DNA from: Escherichia coli | GTDB taxonomy: Bacteria > Pseudomonadota > Gammaproteobacteria > Enterobacterales > Enterobacteriaceae | NCBI RefSeq assembly: GCF_003334385.1 | Contig: NZ_QOWN01000008.1 | Reading direction: 5' to 3' (one strand) | DNA length: 64,000 nt | The notes under the pieces: generated by a model | The model's database searches: none | The model's input: only the letters and a program-made list of their open reading frames with translations | What the model was told of the DNA's origin: nothing | Translations under genes and position numbers: made by a program | In this document: one piece after another, positions 1 to 13,952 of the stretch | How the letters are laid out: each line of letters opens with the position of its first letter | How positions within the stretch are numbered: position 1 is the stretch's first letter

Positions 1-394
1 GGCGTGAACGCGCGGGCGTCCAGTCCAGCGCGCCAATACGCACCAGATAAACCAGACCTGCCAGTAACACAAAAATAAAAATTGCAGCTTCCACAAAGCC
101 TACCCAGCCGCTTTCGCGGATAGAGGTTGACCATGCGAACAGATACAGCGCTTCAACGTCGAAGATAACGAAGAACATGGCCACCAGATAAAACTTGGCG
201 GACAGGCGTAAGCGGGCGGAGCCGACCGAGTCGATACCGGATTCAAACGGCACGTTTTTCGACCTCGCGCGTGCGCGACCGCCTAAAAACCAACCGCCTA
301 CCAGCATCAGGCAACACAGGCCAATGGCAACGATAAGAAAGATAGCGAATGCCCAGTGATGAGCGATGACTTCAGTGGATGTTGACATACTCAT
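1..394 (-). CDS. nuoA: NADH-quinone oxidoreductase subunit A, partial (C-terminal codons lie beyond the window edge)
   Basis: Reverse-strand translation from ATG at 392-394 reads [16 protein letters not shown]... and runs off the window start; recognised as NuoA. Not in ORF track because it has no in-window stop. Confidence 0.9.
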
Positions 395-941
395 TGCTTA
401 CTCATCAAAAGTAGCGCCAGATTCACTGCTCTTCACGGCAGATGGACGCCACATCGATTCATGGGGAGGAATAAAAAAAACCTTACAATCACTGTAGAAA
501 TTCTTTTATACAGCTAATTGATGTGGTTTTTTACTCCTTTCTATAACCTTTTGTCAACTTTAACAAAAGTTTCTTCACATTAGTTTACATAATATCAACA
601 CCATTAGCATTTAATGCCCTTTCACCCCAGATCCTTGACGACTCCAGGATAATTAGATGTTGTTGAATCGTGTCCGTTGTGAAGCAATGGAAAAAATACG
701 GGTCTATTTTGACAGGAATTTGTGTCGATTCCTCCCCCCAAAAGAGAGTATTTTCTTGATCTGTGACACGCTTTTGTCATTCCATAACAAAAACGCAGCA
801 ACAAATTTACGTATTTTTTAACATCATTGTAGCAGGTGATTTTTTTCAGGCGATTATTTGTGCGTTCGGGACGTGAATCTCTGGTGGTTGAAAAATGAAC
901 AGTTTTGTACGTTCTGCACTATGCGATGAAGGATTTTTACT

Positions 942-988
942 AAAAAAAAGCCGCTGGGGTTTAAAACACCCCCAGCGGCTCGTTTTTT
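942..988 (-). terminator. Intrinsic terminator downstream of lrhA (symmetric, A-run/T-run flanked)
   Basis: Perfect 10-bp stem gccgctgggg (950-959) / ccccagcggc (970-979), 10-nt loop, A-run 942-949 and T-run 983-988. Confidence 0.75.
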
Positions 989-1024
989 ACACTATTGTCT
1001 CAGGAATTATCTATCGTCCGTCGA

Positions 1025-1966
<942 letters not shown>

Positions 1967-2877
1967 TTATCACTTACTGGCGGCTCATACTGAGCTGGTT
2001 AATGCTGTGCACACACAAACAAGCAATTCCATTTGTAATGTGCCTCCCTGGCAGTTTCATCCGGAACCCGGACGAAAGTAAAAATGCATATGAGTTGCAC
2101 TAAAAAAGCGACTCACATTGTTCCGTTATAATGCCTGAAGTAGATCACAGAATATATCTTCAGGGATCGCATATCTATTAAGTTACTCACTCTTTTCTAT
2201 TTATGACATGCGCGTGTTTGTATAAATGTAAATGTGAGTCCTTGTTCCACTCTCGTGCAGCATCGCTGGTCATACGCGAACACGTACCAACAGCAATGGT
2301 GAGGCGGCATCAAGAGCAGGGATCCGTCATTTATCCGAGCATTTTACCCCAAAAACCTTTTATTTATAAGGGTCATTGCGAATTATCTGATGCAAAGTTA
2401 TGTTAGGCAAAGTAATCTTCTATTATTAATAAGCACATCAAAACCTTTTTGAATATTAAATAATAATTAATTAGCATCATCCTCATTCATTAATTCCGCT
2501 TAACAATAGTTTCACACCTTGCCCCCATTGCGACACCTCGGAAATCATCACGCAGTTAAACTCTCCGTAATGAGGAAATATCATCATCGCGTTTCATTAG
2601 TGAATTCTTAAATGAGGCATTTTCACACTATTATCTTACAGATAAAAAAACCAGACCTACAATTAAGAATCAGAACAATTCACTATATAACATTGCATGT
2701 AAAGCATATACACCTCATTATTTTGTCATTATTAAGTTATTAACAGCACAATCGAGCCTTCCCCTCTGGCAAAATCTTATTCTGCAGACCTTCAAAACAC
2801 CGTCCTGGGGGAGTACATTGTTCTAAGCTGACTTCCACGGCAGGGAGTGGCGATAACAGCAAAAAAGGTCAAGATTC

Positions 2878-4095
2878 ATGTCCCCCATTGAAAAATCCAG
2901 CAAATTAGAGAATGTCTGTTATGACATCCGTGGTCCGGTGCTGAAAGAAGCAAAACGCCTGGAAGAAGAAGGTAACAAGGTACTGAAACTGAACATCGGC
3001 AACCCAGCCCCGTTCGGTTTTGACGCGCCAGATGAAATCCTCGTTGACGTGATACGCAACCTGCCTACCGCTCAAGGGTATTGCGATTCCAAAGGTCTTT
3101 ACTCCGCGCGTAAAGCCATCATGCAGCACTACCAGGCTCGTGGCATGCGTGATGTTACCGTGGAAGATATTTACATCGGCAATGGTGTATCGGAGCTTAT
3201 CGTTCAGGCAATGCAGGCATTGCTGAACAGCGGGGACGAAATGTTGGTTCCTGCACCAGATTACCCACTCTGGACCGCGGCGGTTTCGCTTTCCAGCGGT
3301 AAAGCGGTGCATTATCTTTGCGATGAATCCTCTGACTGGTTCCCGGACCTCGATGATATTCGCGCTAAAATTACGCCTCGTACGCGTGGGATCGTTATTA
3401 TCAACCCAAATAACCCAACCGGCGCGGTATATTCCAAAGAGCTTTTAATGGAGATTGTGGAGATTGCACGTCAGCATAATCTCATTATCTTCGCCGATGA
3501 AATTTATGACAAAATTCTCTACGACGACGCTGAGCATCACTCAATTGCGCCGCTGGCACCTGACCTGCTGACCATTACCTTTAACGGACTGTCGAAAACG
3601 TACCGCGTTGCAGGCTTCCGTCAGGGGTGGATGGTGTTGAACGGGCCGAAAAAACACGCCAAAGGCTACATCGAAGGTCTGGAAATGCTGGCTTCAATGC
3701 GCCTGTGTGCTAACGTTCCTGCGCAACACGCCATTCAGACCGCGCTAGGTGGTTATCAGAGCATCAGTGAATTTATTACCCCTGGCGGTCGTCTTTATGA
3801 GCAGCGTAACCGCGCGTGGGAACTGATCAACGATATTCCGGGCGTTTCCTGCGTGAAACCTCGTGGTGCGCTGTATATGTTCCCGAAAATCGACGCCAAA
3901 CGCTTTAACATTCACGACGATCAGAAAATGGTGCTGGATTTCCTGTTGCAGGAAAAAGTTCTGTTGGTGCAAGGGACGGCATTCAACTGGCCGTGGCCGG
4001 ATCACTTCCGCATTGTCACGCTACCGCGTGTCGATGATATCGAGCTGTCTTTGAGCAAGTTCGCGCGTTTCCTTTCTGGTTATCATCAGCTGTAA
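2878..4095 (+). CDS. alaA: Glutamate-pyruvate aminotransferase AlaA (PLP-dependent, class I)
   Basis: 405-aa ORF MSPIEKSSKLENVCYDIRGPV...; contains the SKTY PLP-lysine region; recognised as AlaA (YfbQ). Confidence 0.95.
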   Translation: MSPIEKSSKLENVCYDIRGPVLKEAKRLEEEGNKVLKLNIGNPAPFGFDAPDEILVDVIRNLPTAQGYCDSKGLYSARKAIMQHYQARGMRDVTVEDIYIGNGVSELIVQAMQALLNSGDEMLVPAPDYPLWTAAVSLSSGKAVHYLCDESSDWFPDLDDIRAKITPRTRGIVIINPNNPTGAVYSKELLMEIVEIARQHNLIIFADEIYDKILYDDAEHHSIAPLAPDLLTITFNGLSKTYRVAGFRQGWMVLNGPKKHAKGYIEGLEMLASMRLCANVPAQHAIQTALGGYQSISEFITPGGRLYEQRNRAWELINDIPGVSCVKPRGALYMFPKIDAKRFNIHDDQKMVLDFLLQEKVLLVQGTAFNWPWPDHFRIVTLPRVDDIELSLSKFARFLSGYHQL

Positions 4096-4178
4096 TCTTA
4101 ATTTCACTGCCGGAGATTGCATCCGGCAGCGTTATCCCGCCACAATGACCTGATGATGTCATCATACGTAAGGTCACT

Positions 4179-4778
4179 ATGAAACAGAGCCATTTTTTTG
4201 CCCATCTCTCCCGCCTGAAACTCATTAACCGCTGGCCGCTCATGCGCAACGTGCGGACGGAAAATGTGTCCGAACACAGTTTGCAGGTAGCGATGGTCGC
4301 CCATGCGCTGGCAGCTATCAAAAATCGAAAATTTGGCGGTAATGTCAACGCCGAACGTATCGCTTTACTGGCGATGTACCACGATGCCTCAGAAGTGCTC
4401 ACCGGCGATCTCCCTACTCCGGTGAAATACTTCAATTCGCAAATCGCTCAGGAGTACAAGGCTATTGAAAAAATCGCTCAGCAAAAACTGGTCGATATGG
4501 TTCCGGAAGAGCTGCGGGATATCTTTGCGCCGTTAATTGACGAGCATGCATATAGCGATGAAGAAAAATCGCTGGTGAAACAGGCAGATGCACTGTGTGC
4601 ATATCTGAAATGTCTGGAAGAACTCGCGGCCGGAAATAATGAATTCTTGCTGGCAAAAACGCGACTGGAAGCGACGCTTGAAGCGCGTCGCAGCCAGGAG
4701 ATGGACTACTTCATGGAAATATTTGTTCCCAGCTTCCATCTTTCGCTCGATGAGATTAGCCAGGATTCACCGCTGTAA
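4179..4778 (+). CDS. yfbR: 5'-deoxynucleotidase (HD-domain)
   Basis: 199-aa ORF with HD motif context ([11 protein letters not shown] ... [15 protein letters not shown]); recognised as YfbR. Confidence 0.93.
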   Translation: MKQSHFFAHLSRLKLINRWPLMRNVRTENVSEHSLQVAMVAHALAAIKNRKFGGNVNAERIALLAMYHDASEVLTGDLPTPVKYFNSQIAQEYKAIEKIAQQKLVDMVPEELRDIFAPLIDEHAYSDEEKSLVKQADALCAYLKCLEELAAGNNEFLLAKTRLEATLEARRSQEMDYFMEIFVPSFHLSLDEISQDSPL

Positions 4779-4790
4779 GCAGCCGGAGTC

Positions 4791-4831
4791 TGCGTCGCAT
4801 CAGGCAATAAGCGCCGGATGCGACATCAGGC
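4791..4831. repeat. REP-like palindromic element between convergent yfbR and yfbS
   Basis: tgcgtcgcatcaggc ... gccggatgcgacatcaggc, matching REP consensus halves. Confidence 0.6.
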
Positions 4832-4836
4832 TCTTG

Positions 4837-6669
4837 TCAAAACGGAAACAGCATCGGGATCATCACCACACAAACCGCCATCACGATAATGGTGAACGGT
4901 ACCCCCAACTTCACAAAGTCACTGAAGCTGTAATTTCCCGGACCTAAAACCAGTGTGTTAACAGGTGAAGAAACCGGTGTCATAAAGGCGGCGGATGCTG
5001 CCATCGCCACGACCATCGCGAATGGATAAGGCGACACCCCCATCGTTTTGGCAGCAGCCAGCGCAATCGGAGCCATCAACACCGCCGTCGCGGTATTAGA
5101 GATAAATAGCCCAATAACCGCCGACAAGACAAACAAACACCCCAGCATCATATGTGGCCCGTAACCACCGCCAATGTCCATCAGCCCTTTCACCGCCAGC
5201 GCGACACCTCCCGTTTTCTGTAATGCCACAGCAAACGGCATCATCCCAACGATCAAAATAATGCTCGGCCAGTGAATGGATTTATAGGCGCTTTCAGCAT
5301 CTATACAGCGGAATTTCCCCATCAGCAGGCAGGCGATGATAGCGGCAACAGGATTAGGAATTTCATCTGTCAGCATTAACGCCACCATTAGCACCAGACA
5401 GAAAATGGCATGGGGTGCCTGGCTGTGCGCGGGTGATGCTTCACTCACCTCTTCCGGTAAGTTCAGCGCTACGAAGTCGCGGCCCTGTTTGGCCAGCATA
5501 CCGATCAGTTTCCAGTTACCCACAACCAGGATGATATCGCCCAGCAGCAGAGGCTCATCCGCCAGCGAACCTTCCAGCGCCACGCCATTGCGCTTTAGCC
5601 CCACCACATTCAGTCCGTAGCGGGTACGAAAACCAATTTCGCGCACCGATTTACCAATCAGTTCTGACTCAGGAATTAATGAAATCTCTGCCATGCCCAC
5701 ATCAAGGGCCTGGTCAGAAAAATACTCGCCGCGCAGTACCATCGGCTCCAGCAATTGCTCACTACAAAATTGCCGGAGATCGACATCAGCCGCAGACATA
5801 TCAATAAGCAAAACGTCACGCGCGCGAAATTCAGAAACCCCATTAACGTTCACGATAACGCGACGAAAACGCCGCCAGCGTTCAACACCGATGACGTTAG
5901 CGCCATAACGCTCACGTAATTTGAGATCATCCAGCCGTTGACCAATCATTGGCGATCCGGGGCGAATAGCCAGACGTCGCGCACGCCCGGTCAGTCGATA
6001 TTCACGGATAAGATCGCGAAAGGTTCGACGCGTCCAGCCTTCGCGCTGCGGGGTCTGGGTATCCCCTTTCAGCATGAAACGCATCACTAACATATACAAA
6101 ATACCCAGCACCAGCACGACCAGGCCAATAGGTGTTACGCTAAAGAAACTGAAGCCGTGATAGCCTTCACGCAGCAATTCACTGTTGACTACCAGGTTCG
6201 GCGGCGTCGCCACCAGCGTCATCATGCCGCTAATCAGCCCGGCAAAACTTAACGGCATCATCAGACGTGACGGCGACGTTTGCATACGCATGGCAACGCT
6301 TAACACCACGGGAATAAAGATAGCGACAACGCCGGTTGAACTCATAAACGCGCCAAGCCCCGCGACGGTCAGCATCAACAAAACCAACATTTTGATTTCA
6401 CTATTGCCCGCAACTTTGACCAGCCATGTTCCCATTACGGTGGCAACACCGGTACGGACCAAACCATCGCCAATAATAAACAAGGCGGCAATCAGGACAA
6501 CGTTAGGATCAGAAAAGCCGGAAAATACTTCTGGGACTGTCAGCGTTCCGCTTAATGCAAACGCGACAATAACAAACAAAGCGACCGCATCCATACGCAC
6601 TCTGCCCGTCGCAAACAAGACGATGGCAACGGCCAGTAATGAAAGAACCCAAATCAATTCACCGTTCAC
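4837..6669 (-). CDS. yfbS: Putative anion transporter with two central TrkA-C (RCK_C) domains
   Basis: 610-aa ORF, multi-pass hydrophobic N- and C-terminal halves flanking a soluble middle; recognised as YfbS. Confidence 0.92.
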
Positions 6670-6710
6670 AACTTATCCTTGTTAATTGAGGGGGATGACT
6701 TGATTCTGCC

Positions 6711-6738
6711 ATAAAAAAGCCCCGACGAGACGGGGCTA
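6711..6738 (-). terminator. Intrinsic terminator downstream of hxpA/yfbT
   Basis: Stem gccccg (6719-6724) / cggggc (6731-6736); plus-strand A-run 6713-6718 gives a U-run on the minus strand. Confidence 0.7.
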
Positions 6739-6755
6739 AATCATGATCAGGTGTT

Positions 6756-7406
6756 TCACTGAATAATAACATCGCCATTTGGCTGTTTGGTCACAGTAAT
6801 TTGCTCCAGACTGTGGAGGACCAAATCGACCTCATTCAGGCGCGGGGTATCTGCCGGAGCGTTAACCGCAATGACATGACAACCCGCCGCCAGGCCAGAA
6901 AGCACGCCAGCGGGAGCATCTTCCACCACCACACACTCCTGCGGCGCAAGCCCCAGCAGCTGCGCGCCTAACAGATACGCATCAGGTTCTGGTTTTCCGC
7001 GCTTCACTCGCTCAGCGGTTACAAACACCTCTGGTGCGGGAAGCCCAGCTATTTTATGGCGCGCTCGCGCTACCGGCATGGAGCCAGAAGTCACAATGGC
7101 CCACGGAATACCTGCTTTATTCAAATGACTGAGTAAGGCGATTGCCCCCGGAAGCGCGGTAATACCTTCGGTTTCCGTGGCCTCGATGTGCTCCAGACGC
7201 GTAAACTCGGCGGCAATATCAGCCTCGGATTTGCCCGCCATAAAATGGCGCAGAGAGGTGATCGCCTGTTTACCGTGAATGAAAGCCAGCACCTCTTCCG
7301 GCGCTAACCCATGACGTCTGGCCCAGTTGCTCCACGCCCGTTCTACCGCAGGCAGGGAATCCACCAGCGTTCCATCAAGATCAAACAGAAAACCTTTGCA
7401 CCGCAC
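6756..7406 (-). CDS. hxpA: HAD-family sugar/hexitol phosphatase
   Basis: ORF-track frame 6756..7424; HAD motif FLFDLDGTLVDS near the N-terminus; start placed at the GTG giving the recalled 216-aa YfbT length (inference). Confidence 0.88.
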   Translation of the reverse strand: MRCKGFLFDLDGTLVDSLPAVERAWSNWARRHGLAPEEVLAFIHGKQAITSLRHFMAGKSEADIAAEFTRLEHIEATETEGITALPGAIALLSHLNKAGIPWAIVTSGSMPVARARHKIAGLPAPEVFVTAERVKRGKPEPDAYLLGAQLLGLAPQECVVVEDAPAGVLSGLAAGCHVIAVNAPADTPRLNEVDLVLHSLEQITVTKQPNGDVIIQ

Positions 7407-7416
7407 GCGGGCCTCC

Positions 7417-7989
<573 letters not shown>

Positions 7990-7993
7990 TCAA

Positions 7994-8449
7994 TTACAAA
8001 TCATCAAGGAAAGTTTTATCCAGTTGTTTGAAGGCGCGCTTAAGCGTGTCAGCTAATGCCTGGTAATCAGGCTTGCCTTCAACGGGTGCCAACACCTGTC
8101 CAGACTCCTGCAATTTACCGCGAACTTCATAAAACCAGTTAAGGATTGCAGGGGGTAATGGCGTGACAGAACGCTTGCCCAGCCACCACAATCCCTGCAT
8201 GGGTAAACTTAAGGCGAACAGGGCAGTGGCAACTGCCGGCCCAAGCTGACCGCCCAGGGCAATCTGCCAGCAGAGAGTAAATACGGCGATCGGCGGCATA
8301 AAACGGATCGCATAACGCGTCATCTTGATAACGCGATTTTCGACAAAGACCGGGGCAAGGCGTTTTTCCAGCGGCCACGTCTTTGAGTAATGCTGTCCCC
8401 GGCGAAACAAGCTAAAAAAATTAACAGAACGATTATCCGGCGTTGACAT
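7994..8449 (-). CDS. yfbV: UPF0208 inner-membrane protein YfbV
   Basis: 151-aa ORF with two hydrophobic segments; recognised as YfbV. Confidence 0.9.
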
Positions 8450-8786
8450 GCTTCACCTCAACTTCACATATAAAGATTCAAAAATTTGTGCAAATTCACA
8501 ACTCAGCGGGACAACGTTCAAAACATTTTGTCTTCCATACCCACTATCAGGTATCCTTTAGCAGCCTGAAGGCCTAAGTAGTACATATTCATTGAGTCGT
8601 CAAATTCATATACATTATGCCATTGGCTGAAAATTACGCAAAATGGCATAGACTCAAGATATTTCTTCCATCATGCAAAAAAAATTTGCAGTGCATGATG
8701 TTAATCATAAATGTCGGTGTCATCATGCGCTACGCTCTATGGCTCCCTGACGTTTTTTTAGCCACGTATCAATTATAGGTACTTCC

Positions 8787-9989
8787 ATGTCGAGTAAGTT
8801 AGTACTGGTTCTGAACTGCGGTAGTTCTTCACTGAAATTTGCCATCATCGATGCAGTAAATGGTGAAGAGTACCTTTCTGGTTTAGCCGAATGTTTCCAC
8901 CTGCCCGAAGCACGTATCAAATGGAAAATGGACGGCAATAAACAGGAAGCGGCTTTAGGTGCAGGCGCCGCTCACAGCGAAGCGCTCAACTTTATCGTTA
9001 ATACTATTCTGGCACAAAAACCAGAACTGTCTGCGCAGCTGACTGCTATCGGTCACCGTATCGTACACGGCGGCGAAAAGTATACCAGCTCCGTAGTGAT
9101 CGATGAGTCTGTTATTCAGGGTATCAAAGATGCAGCTTCTTTTGCACCGCTGCACAACCCGGCTCACCTGATCGGTATCGAAGAAGCTCTGAAATCTTTC
9201 CCACAGCTGAAAGACAAAAACGTTGCTGTATTTGACACCGCGTTCCACCAGACTATGCCGGAAGAGTCTTACCTCTACGCCCTGCCTTACAACCTGTACA
9301 AAGAGCACGGCATCCGTCGTTACGGCGCGCACGGCACCAGCCACTTCTATGTAACCCAGGAAGCGGCAAAAATGCTGAACAAACCGGTAGAAGAACTGAA
9401 CATCATCACCTGCCACCTGGGCAACGGTGGTTCCGTTTCTGCTATCCGCAACGGTAAATGCGTTGACACCTCTATGGGCCTGACCCCGCTGGAAGGTCTG
9501 GTCATGGGTACCCGTTCTGGTGATATCGATCCGGCGATCATCTTCCACCTGCACGACACCCTGGGCATGAGCGTTGACGCAATCAACAAACTGCTGACCA
9601 AAGAGTCTGGCCTGCTGGGTCTGACCGAAGTGACCAGCGACTGCCGCTATGTTGAAGACAACTACGCGACGAAAGAAGACGCGAAGCGCGCAATGGACGT
9701 TTACTGCCACCGCCTGGCGAAATACATCGGTGCCTACACTGCGCTGATGGATGGTCGTCTGGACGCTGTTGTATTCACTGGTGGTATCGGTGAAAATGCC
9801 GCAATGGTTCGTGAACTGTCTCTGGGCAAACTGGGCGTGCTGGGCTTTGAAGTTGATCATGAACGCAACCTGGCTGCACGTTTCGGCAAATCTGGTTTCA
9901 TCAACAAAGAAGGTACCCGTCCTGCGGTGGTTATCCCAACCAACGAAGAACTGGTTATCGCGCAAGACGCGAGCCGCCTGACTGCCTGA
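8787..9989 (+). CDS. ackA: Acetate kinase
   Basis: 400-aa [26 protein letters not shown]...; canonical acetate kinase N-terminal signature; recognised as AckA. Confidence 0.97.
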   Translation: MSSKLVLVLNCGSSSLKFAIIDAVNGEEYLSGLAECFHLPEARIKWKMDGNKQEAALGAGAAHSEALNFIVNTILAQKPELSAQLTAIGHRIVHGGEKYTSSVVIDESVIQGIKDAASFAPLHNPAHLIGIEEALKSFPQLKDKNVAVFDTAFHQTMPEESYLYALPYNLYKEHGIRRYGAHGTSHFYVTQEAAKMLNKPVEELNIITCHLGNGGSVSAIRNGKCVDTSMGLTPLEGLVMGTRSGDIDPAIIFHLHDTLGMSVDAINKLLTKESGLLGLTEVTSDCRYVEDNYATKEDAKRAMDVYCHRLAKYIGAYTALMDGRLDAVVFTGGIGENAAMVRELSLGKLGVLGFEVDHERNLAARFGKSGFINKEGTRPAVVIPTNEELVIAQDASRLTA

Positions 9990-9994
9990 TTTCA

Positions 9995-10026
9995 CACCGC
10001 CAGCTCAGCTGGCGGTGCTGTTTTGT
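9995..10026 (+). terminator. Stem-loop in the ackA–pta intergenic region (partial terminator/attenuator candidate)
   Basis: Stem caccgccagc (9995-10004) / ctggcggtg (10009-10017) followed by ctgtttt. Confidence 0.45.
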
Positions 10027-10063
10027 AACCCGCCAAATCGGCGGTAACGAAAGAGGATAAACC

Positions 10064-12208
10064 GTGTCCCGTATTATTATGCTGATCCCTACCGGAACCA
10101 GCGTCGGTCTGACCAGCGTCAGCCTTGGCGTGATCCGTGCAATGGAACGCAAAGGCGTTCGTCTGAGCGTTTTCAAACCTATCGCTCAGCCGCGTACCGG
10201 TGGCGATGCGCCCGATCAGACTACGACTATCGTGCGTGCGAACTCTTCCACCACGACGGCCGCTGAACCGCTGAAAATGAGCTACGTTGAAGGTCTGCTT
10301 TCCAGCAATCAGAAAGATGTGCTGATGGAAGAGATCGTCGCAAACTACCACGCTAACACCAAAGACGCTGAAGTCGTTCTGGTTGAAGGTCTGGTCCCGA
10401 CACGTAAGCACCAGTTTGCCCAGTCTCTGAACTACGAAATCGCTAAAACGCTGAATGCGGAAATCGTCTTCGTTATGTCTCAGGGCACTGACACCCCGGA
10501 ACAGCTGAAAGAGCGTATCGAACTGACCCGCAACAGCTTCGGCGGTGCCAAAAACACCAACATCACCGGCGTTATCGTTAACAAACTGAACGCACCGGTT
10601 GATGAACAGGGTCGTACTCGCCCGGATCTGTCCGAGATTTTCGACGACTCTTCCAAAGCTAAAGTAAACAATGTTGATCCGGCGAAGCTGCAAGAATCCA
10701 GCCCGCTGCCGGTTCTCGGCGCTGTGCCGTGGAGCTTTGACCTGATCGCGACTCGTGCGATCGATATGGCTCGCCACCTGAATGCGACCATCATCAACGA
10801 AGGCGACATCAATACTCGCCGCGTTAAATCCGTCACTTTCTGCGCACGCAGCATTCCGCACATGCTGGAGCACTTCCGTGCCGGTTCTCTGCTGGTGACT
10901 TCCGCAGACCGTCCTGACGTGCTGGTGGCCGCTTGCCTGGCAGCCATGAACGGCGTAGAAATCGGTGCCCTGCTGCTGACTGGCGGTTACGAAATGGACG
11001 CGCGCATTTCTAAACTGTGCGAACGTGCTTTCGCTACCGGCCTGCCGGTATTTATGGTGAACACCAACACCTGGCAGACCTCTCTGAGCCTGCAGAGCTT
11101 CAACCTGGAAGTTCCGGTTGACGATCACGAACGTATCGAGAAAGTTCAGGAATACGTTGCTAACTACATCAACGCTGACTGGATCGAATCTCTGACTGCC
11201 ACTTCTGAGCGCAGCCGTCGTCTGTCTCCGCCTGCGTTCCGTTATCAGCTGACTGAACTTGCGCGCAAAGCGGGCAAACGTATCGTACTGCCGGAAGGTG
11301 ACGAACCGCGTACCGTTAAAGCAGCCGCTATCTGTGCTGAACGTGGTATCGCAACTTGCGTACTGCTGGGTAATCCGGCAGAGATCAACCGTGTTGCAGC
11401 GTCTCAGGGTGTAGAACTGGGTGCAGGGATTGAAATCGTTGATCCAGAAGTGGTTCGCGAAAGCTATGTTGGTCGTCTGGTCGAACTGCGTAAGAACAAA
11501 GGCATGACCGAAACCGTTGCCCGCGAACAGCTGGAAGACAACGTGGTGCTCGGTACGCTGATGCTGGAACAGGATGAAGTTGATGGTCTGGTTTCCGGTG
11601 CTGTTCACACTACCGCAAACACCATCCGTCCGCCGCTGCAGCTGATCAAAACTGCACCGGGCAGCTCCCTGGTATCTTCCGTGTTCTTCATGCTGCTGCC
11701 GGAACAGGTTTACGTTTACGGTGACTGTGCGATCAACCCGGATCCGACCGCTGAACAGCTGGCAGAAATCGCGATTCAGTCCGCTGATTCCGCTGCGGCC
11801 TTCGGTATCGAACCGCGCGTTGCTATGCTCTCCTACTCCACCGGTACTTCTGGTGCAGGTAGCGACGTAGAAAAAGTTCGCGAAGCAACTCGTCTGGCGC
11901 AGGAAAAACGTCCTGACCTGATGATCGACGGTCCGCTGCAGTACGACGCTGCGGTAATGGCTGACGTTGCGAAATCCAAAGCGCCGAACTCTCCGGTTGC
12001 AGGTCGCGCTACCGTGTTCATCTTCCCGGATCTGAACACCGGTAACACCACCTACAAAGCGGTACAGCGTTCTGCCGACCTGATCTCCATCGGGCCGATG
12101 CTGCAGGGTATGCGCAAGCCGGTTAACGACCTGTCCCGTGGCGCACTGGTTGACGATATCGTCTACACCATCGCGCTGACTGCGATTCAGTCTGCACAGC
12201 AGCAGTAA
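10064..12208 (+). CDS. pta: Phosphate acetyltransferase
   Basis: 714-aa ORF with GTG start at 10064 ([22 protein letters not shown]...); recognised as Pta; the longer antisense ORF is spurious. Confidence 0.97.
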
Positions 12209-12218
12209 TCTCGTCATC

Positions 12219-12280
12219 ATCCGCAGCTTTGCGCTGCGGATATCTGAACCGGAAATAATCACTATTTCCGGTTTTTTATT
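12219..12280 (+). terminator. pta terminator region (two hairpins, second followed by T-run)
   Basis: Hairpin 1 atccgcag / ctgcggat (12219-12241); hairpin 2 ccggaaata / tatttccgg (12249-12271) followed by ttttttatt. Confidence 0.8.
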
Positions 12281-12397
12281 CTCTTAATTTGCATTAATCC
12301 TTTCTGATTATCTTGCTTAACTGCGCTGCATCAATGAATTGCGCCATCCCACTTTGCATACTTACCACTTTGTTTTGTGCAAGGGAATATTTGCGCT

Positions 12398-13918
12398 ATG
12401 TCCGCAATCACTGAATCCAAACCAACAAGAAGATGGGCAATGCCCGATACGTTGGTGATTATCTTTTTTGTTGCTATTTTAACCAGCCTTGCCACCTGGG
12501 TAGTTCCGGTGGGGATGTTTGACAGTCAGGAAGTGCAGTATCAGGTTGATGGTCAAACAAAAACACGCAAAGTCGTAGATCCACACTCATTTCGCATTCT
12601 GACTAACGAAGCAGGCGAACCTGAGTATCACCGCGTACAGCTGTTCACGACGGGCGATGAACGCCCGGGCCTGATGAACTTCCCGTTTGAAGGATTAACC
12701 TCAGGATCGAAATACGGGACAGCCGTTGGCATCATCATGTTTATGCTGGTGATTGGCGGCGCGTTTGGCATTGTGATGCGTACAGGAACCATTGATAACG
12801 GTATCCTGGCGCTTATTCGCCATACCCGCGGGAATGAAATTCTCTTTATTCCTGCGCTGTTTATTCTGTTTTCACTTGGCGGCGCGGTATTTGGTATGGG
12901 AGAAGAGGCCGTCGCCTTTGCCATTATCATCGCACCGCTAATGGTCCGGCTGGGCTATGACAGTATTACCACCGTCCTGGTGACCTATATTGCCACGCAA
13001 ATCGGTTTTGCCAGTTCGTGGATGAACCCGTTTTGTGTGGTCGTTGCTCAGGGGATTGCCGGCGTTCCGGTGCTTTCTGGCTCCGGGTTGCGCATCGTGG
13101 TGTGGGTTATCGCCACTCTGATTGGCCTGATCTTTACCATGGTGTACGCCTCACGAGTGAAAAAGAATCCTCTTCTGTCACGCGTGCATGAGTCCGACCG
13201 CTTCTTTCGTGAAAAGCAGGCTGATGTTGAACAACGTCCGTTTACCTTTGGTGACTGGCTGGTATTGATTGTCCTGACCGCCGTAATGGTCTGGGTGATT
13301 TGGGGCGTGATCGTTAATGCCTGGTTTATTCCAGAAATTGCCAGCCAGTTCTTCACCATGGGTCTGGTGATTGGCATCATCGGCGTTGTTTTCCGCCTTA
13401 ACGGCATGACGGTTAATACCATGGCTTCATCCTTTACCGAAGGGGCGCGAATGATGATCGCCCCTGCCCTGCTGGTGGGTTTCGCCAAAGGGATTTTGCT
13501 GCTGGTCGGTAATGGTGAAGCGGGTGATGCCAGCGTGTTAAATACCATCCTCAACAGCATTGCCAATGCCATTAGCGGTCTGGACAACGCGGTCGCGGCC
13601 TGGTTTATGTTGCTCTTCCAGGCGGTATTTAATTTCTTCGTGACGTCCGGTTCTGGTCAGGCGGCGTTAACCATGCCGTTACTGGCACCGCTTGGCGATC
13701 TGGTCGGTGTTAACCGTCAGGTTACCGTGCTGGCGTTCCAGTTTGGTGATGGCTTCAGTCACATCATTTACCCAACCTCAGCGTCGTTAATGGCAACGCT
13801 CGGTGTGTGCAGGGTGGACTTCCGTAACTGGCTGAAGGTGGGCGCGACCCTACTTGGACTGCTGTTTATTATGTCCAGCGTCGTAGTGATCGGCGCTCAG
13901 TTGATGGGCTACCACTAA
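12398..13918 (+). CDS. yfcC: Putative membrane transporter, YfcC family
   Basis: ORF-track frame from 12377; start placed at MSAITESKPTRRW to give the recalled 506 aa; highly hydrophobic multi-pass protein. Confidence 0.88.
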   Translation: MSAITESKPTRRWAMPDTLVIIFFVAILTSLATWVVPVGMFDSQEVQYQVDGQTKTRKVVDPHSFRILTNEAGEPEYHRVQLFTTGDERPGLMNFPFEGLTSGSKYGTAVGIIMFMLVIGGAFGIVMRTGTIDNGILALIRHTRGNEILFIPALFILFSLGGAVFGMGEEAVAFAIIIAPLMVRLGYDSITTVLVTYIATQIGFASSWMNPFCVVVAQGIAGVPVLSGSGLRIVVWVIATLIGLIFTMVYASRVKKNPLLSRVHESDRFFREKQADVEQRPFTFGDWLVLIVLTAVMVWVIWGVIVNAWFIPEIASQFFTMGLVIGIIGVVFRLNGMTVNTMASSFTEGARMMIAPALLVGFAKGILLLVGNGEAGDASVLNTILNSIANAISGLDNAVAAWFMLLFQAVFNFFVTSGSGQAALTMPLLAPLGDLVGVNRQVTVLAFQFGDGFSHIIYPTSASLMATLGVCRVDFRNWLKVGATLLGLLFIMSSVVVIGAQLMGYH

Positions 13919-13952
13919 AAATGTTAAGAGCCGCAATTGCGGCTCTTTTTTC
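13918..13952. terminator. Bidirectional intrinsic terminator between convergent yfcC and yfcD
   Basis: Stem agagccgc / gcggctct (13927-13946) with aatt loop, T-run 13946-13951 and upstream A-run. Confidence 0.8.

Noticed and set aside
4118-4141. Hairpin downstream of alaA (ctgccgga…tccggcag)
   Set aside because: No U-run follows and yfbR starts ~40 bp later, so it is more likely an intra-operon structure than a terminator.
8955-9995. 346-aa antisense ORF opposite ackA
   Set aside because: Same reasoning: ackA is unmistakable on the plus strand and the antisense product has shadow-ORF composition.
9992-12262. 756-aa ORF on the minus strand, longer than pta itself
   Set aside because: The plus-strand ORF matches Pta along its whole length, while the antisense translation is low-complexity (Arg/Ser/Thr/Val/Gln-rich) with no recognisable domain; it is a typical shadow ORF from codon bias in a highly expressed gene.
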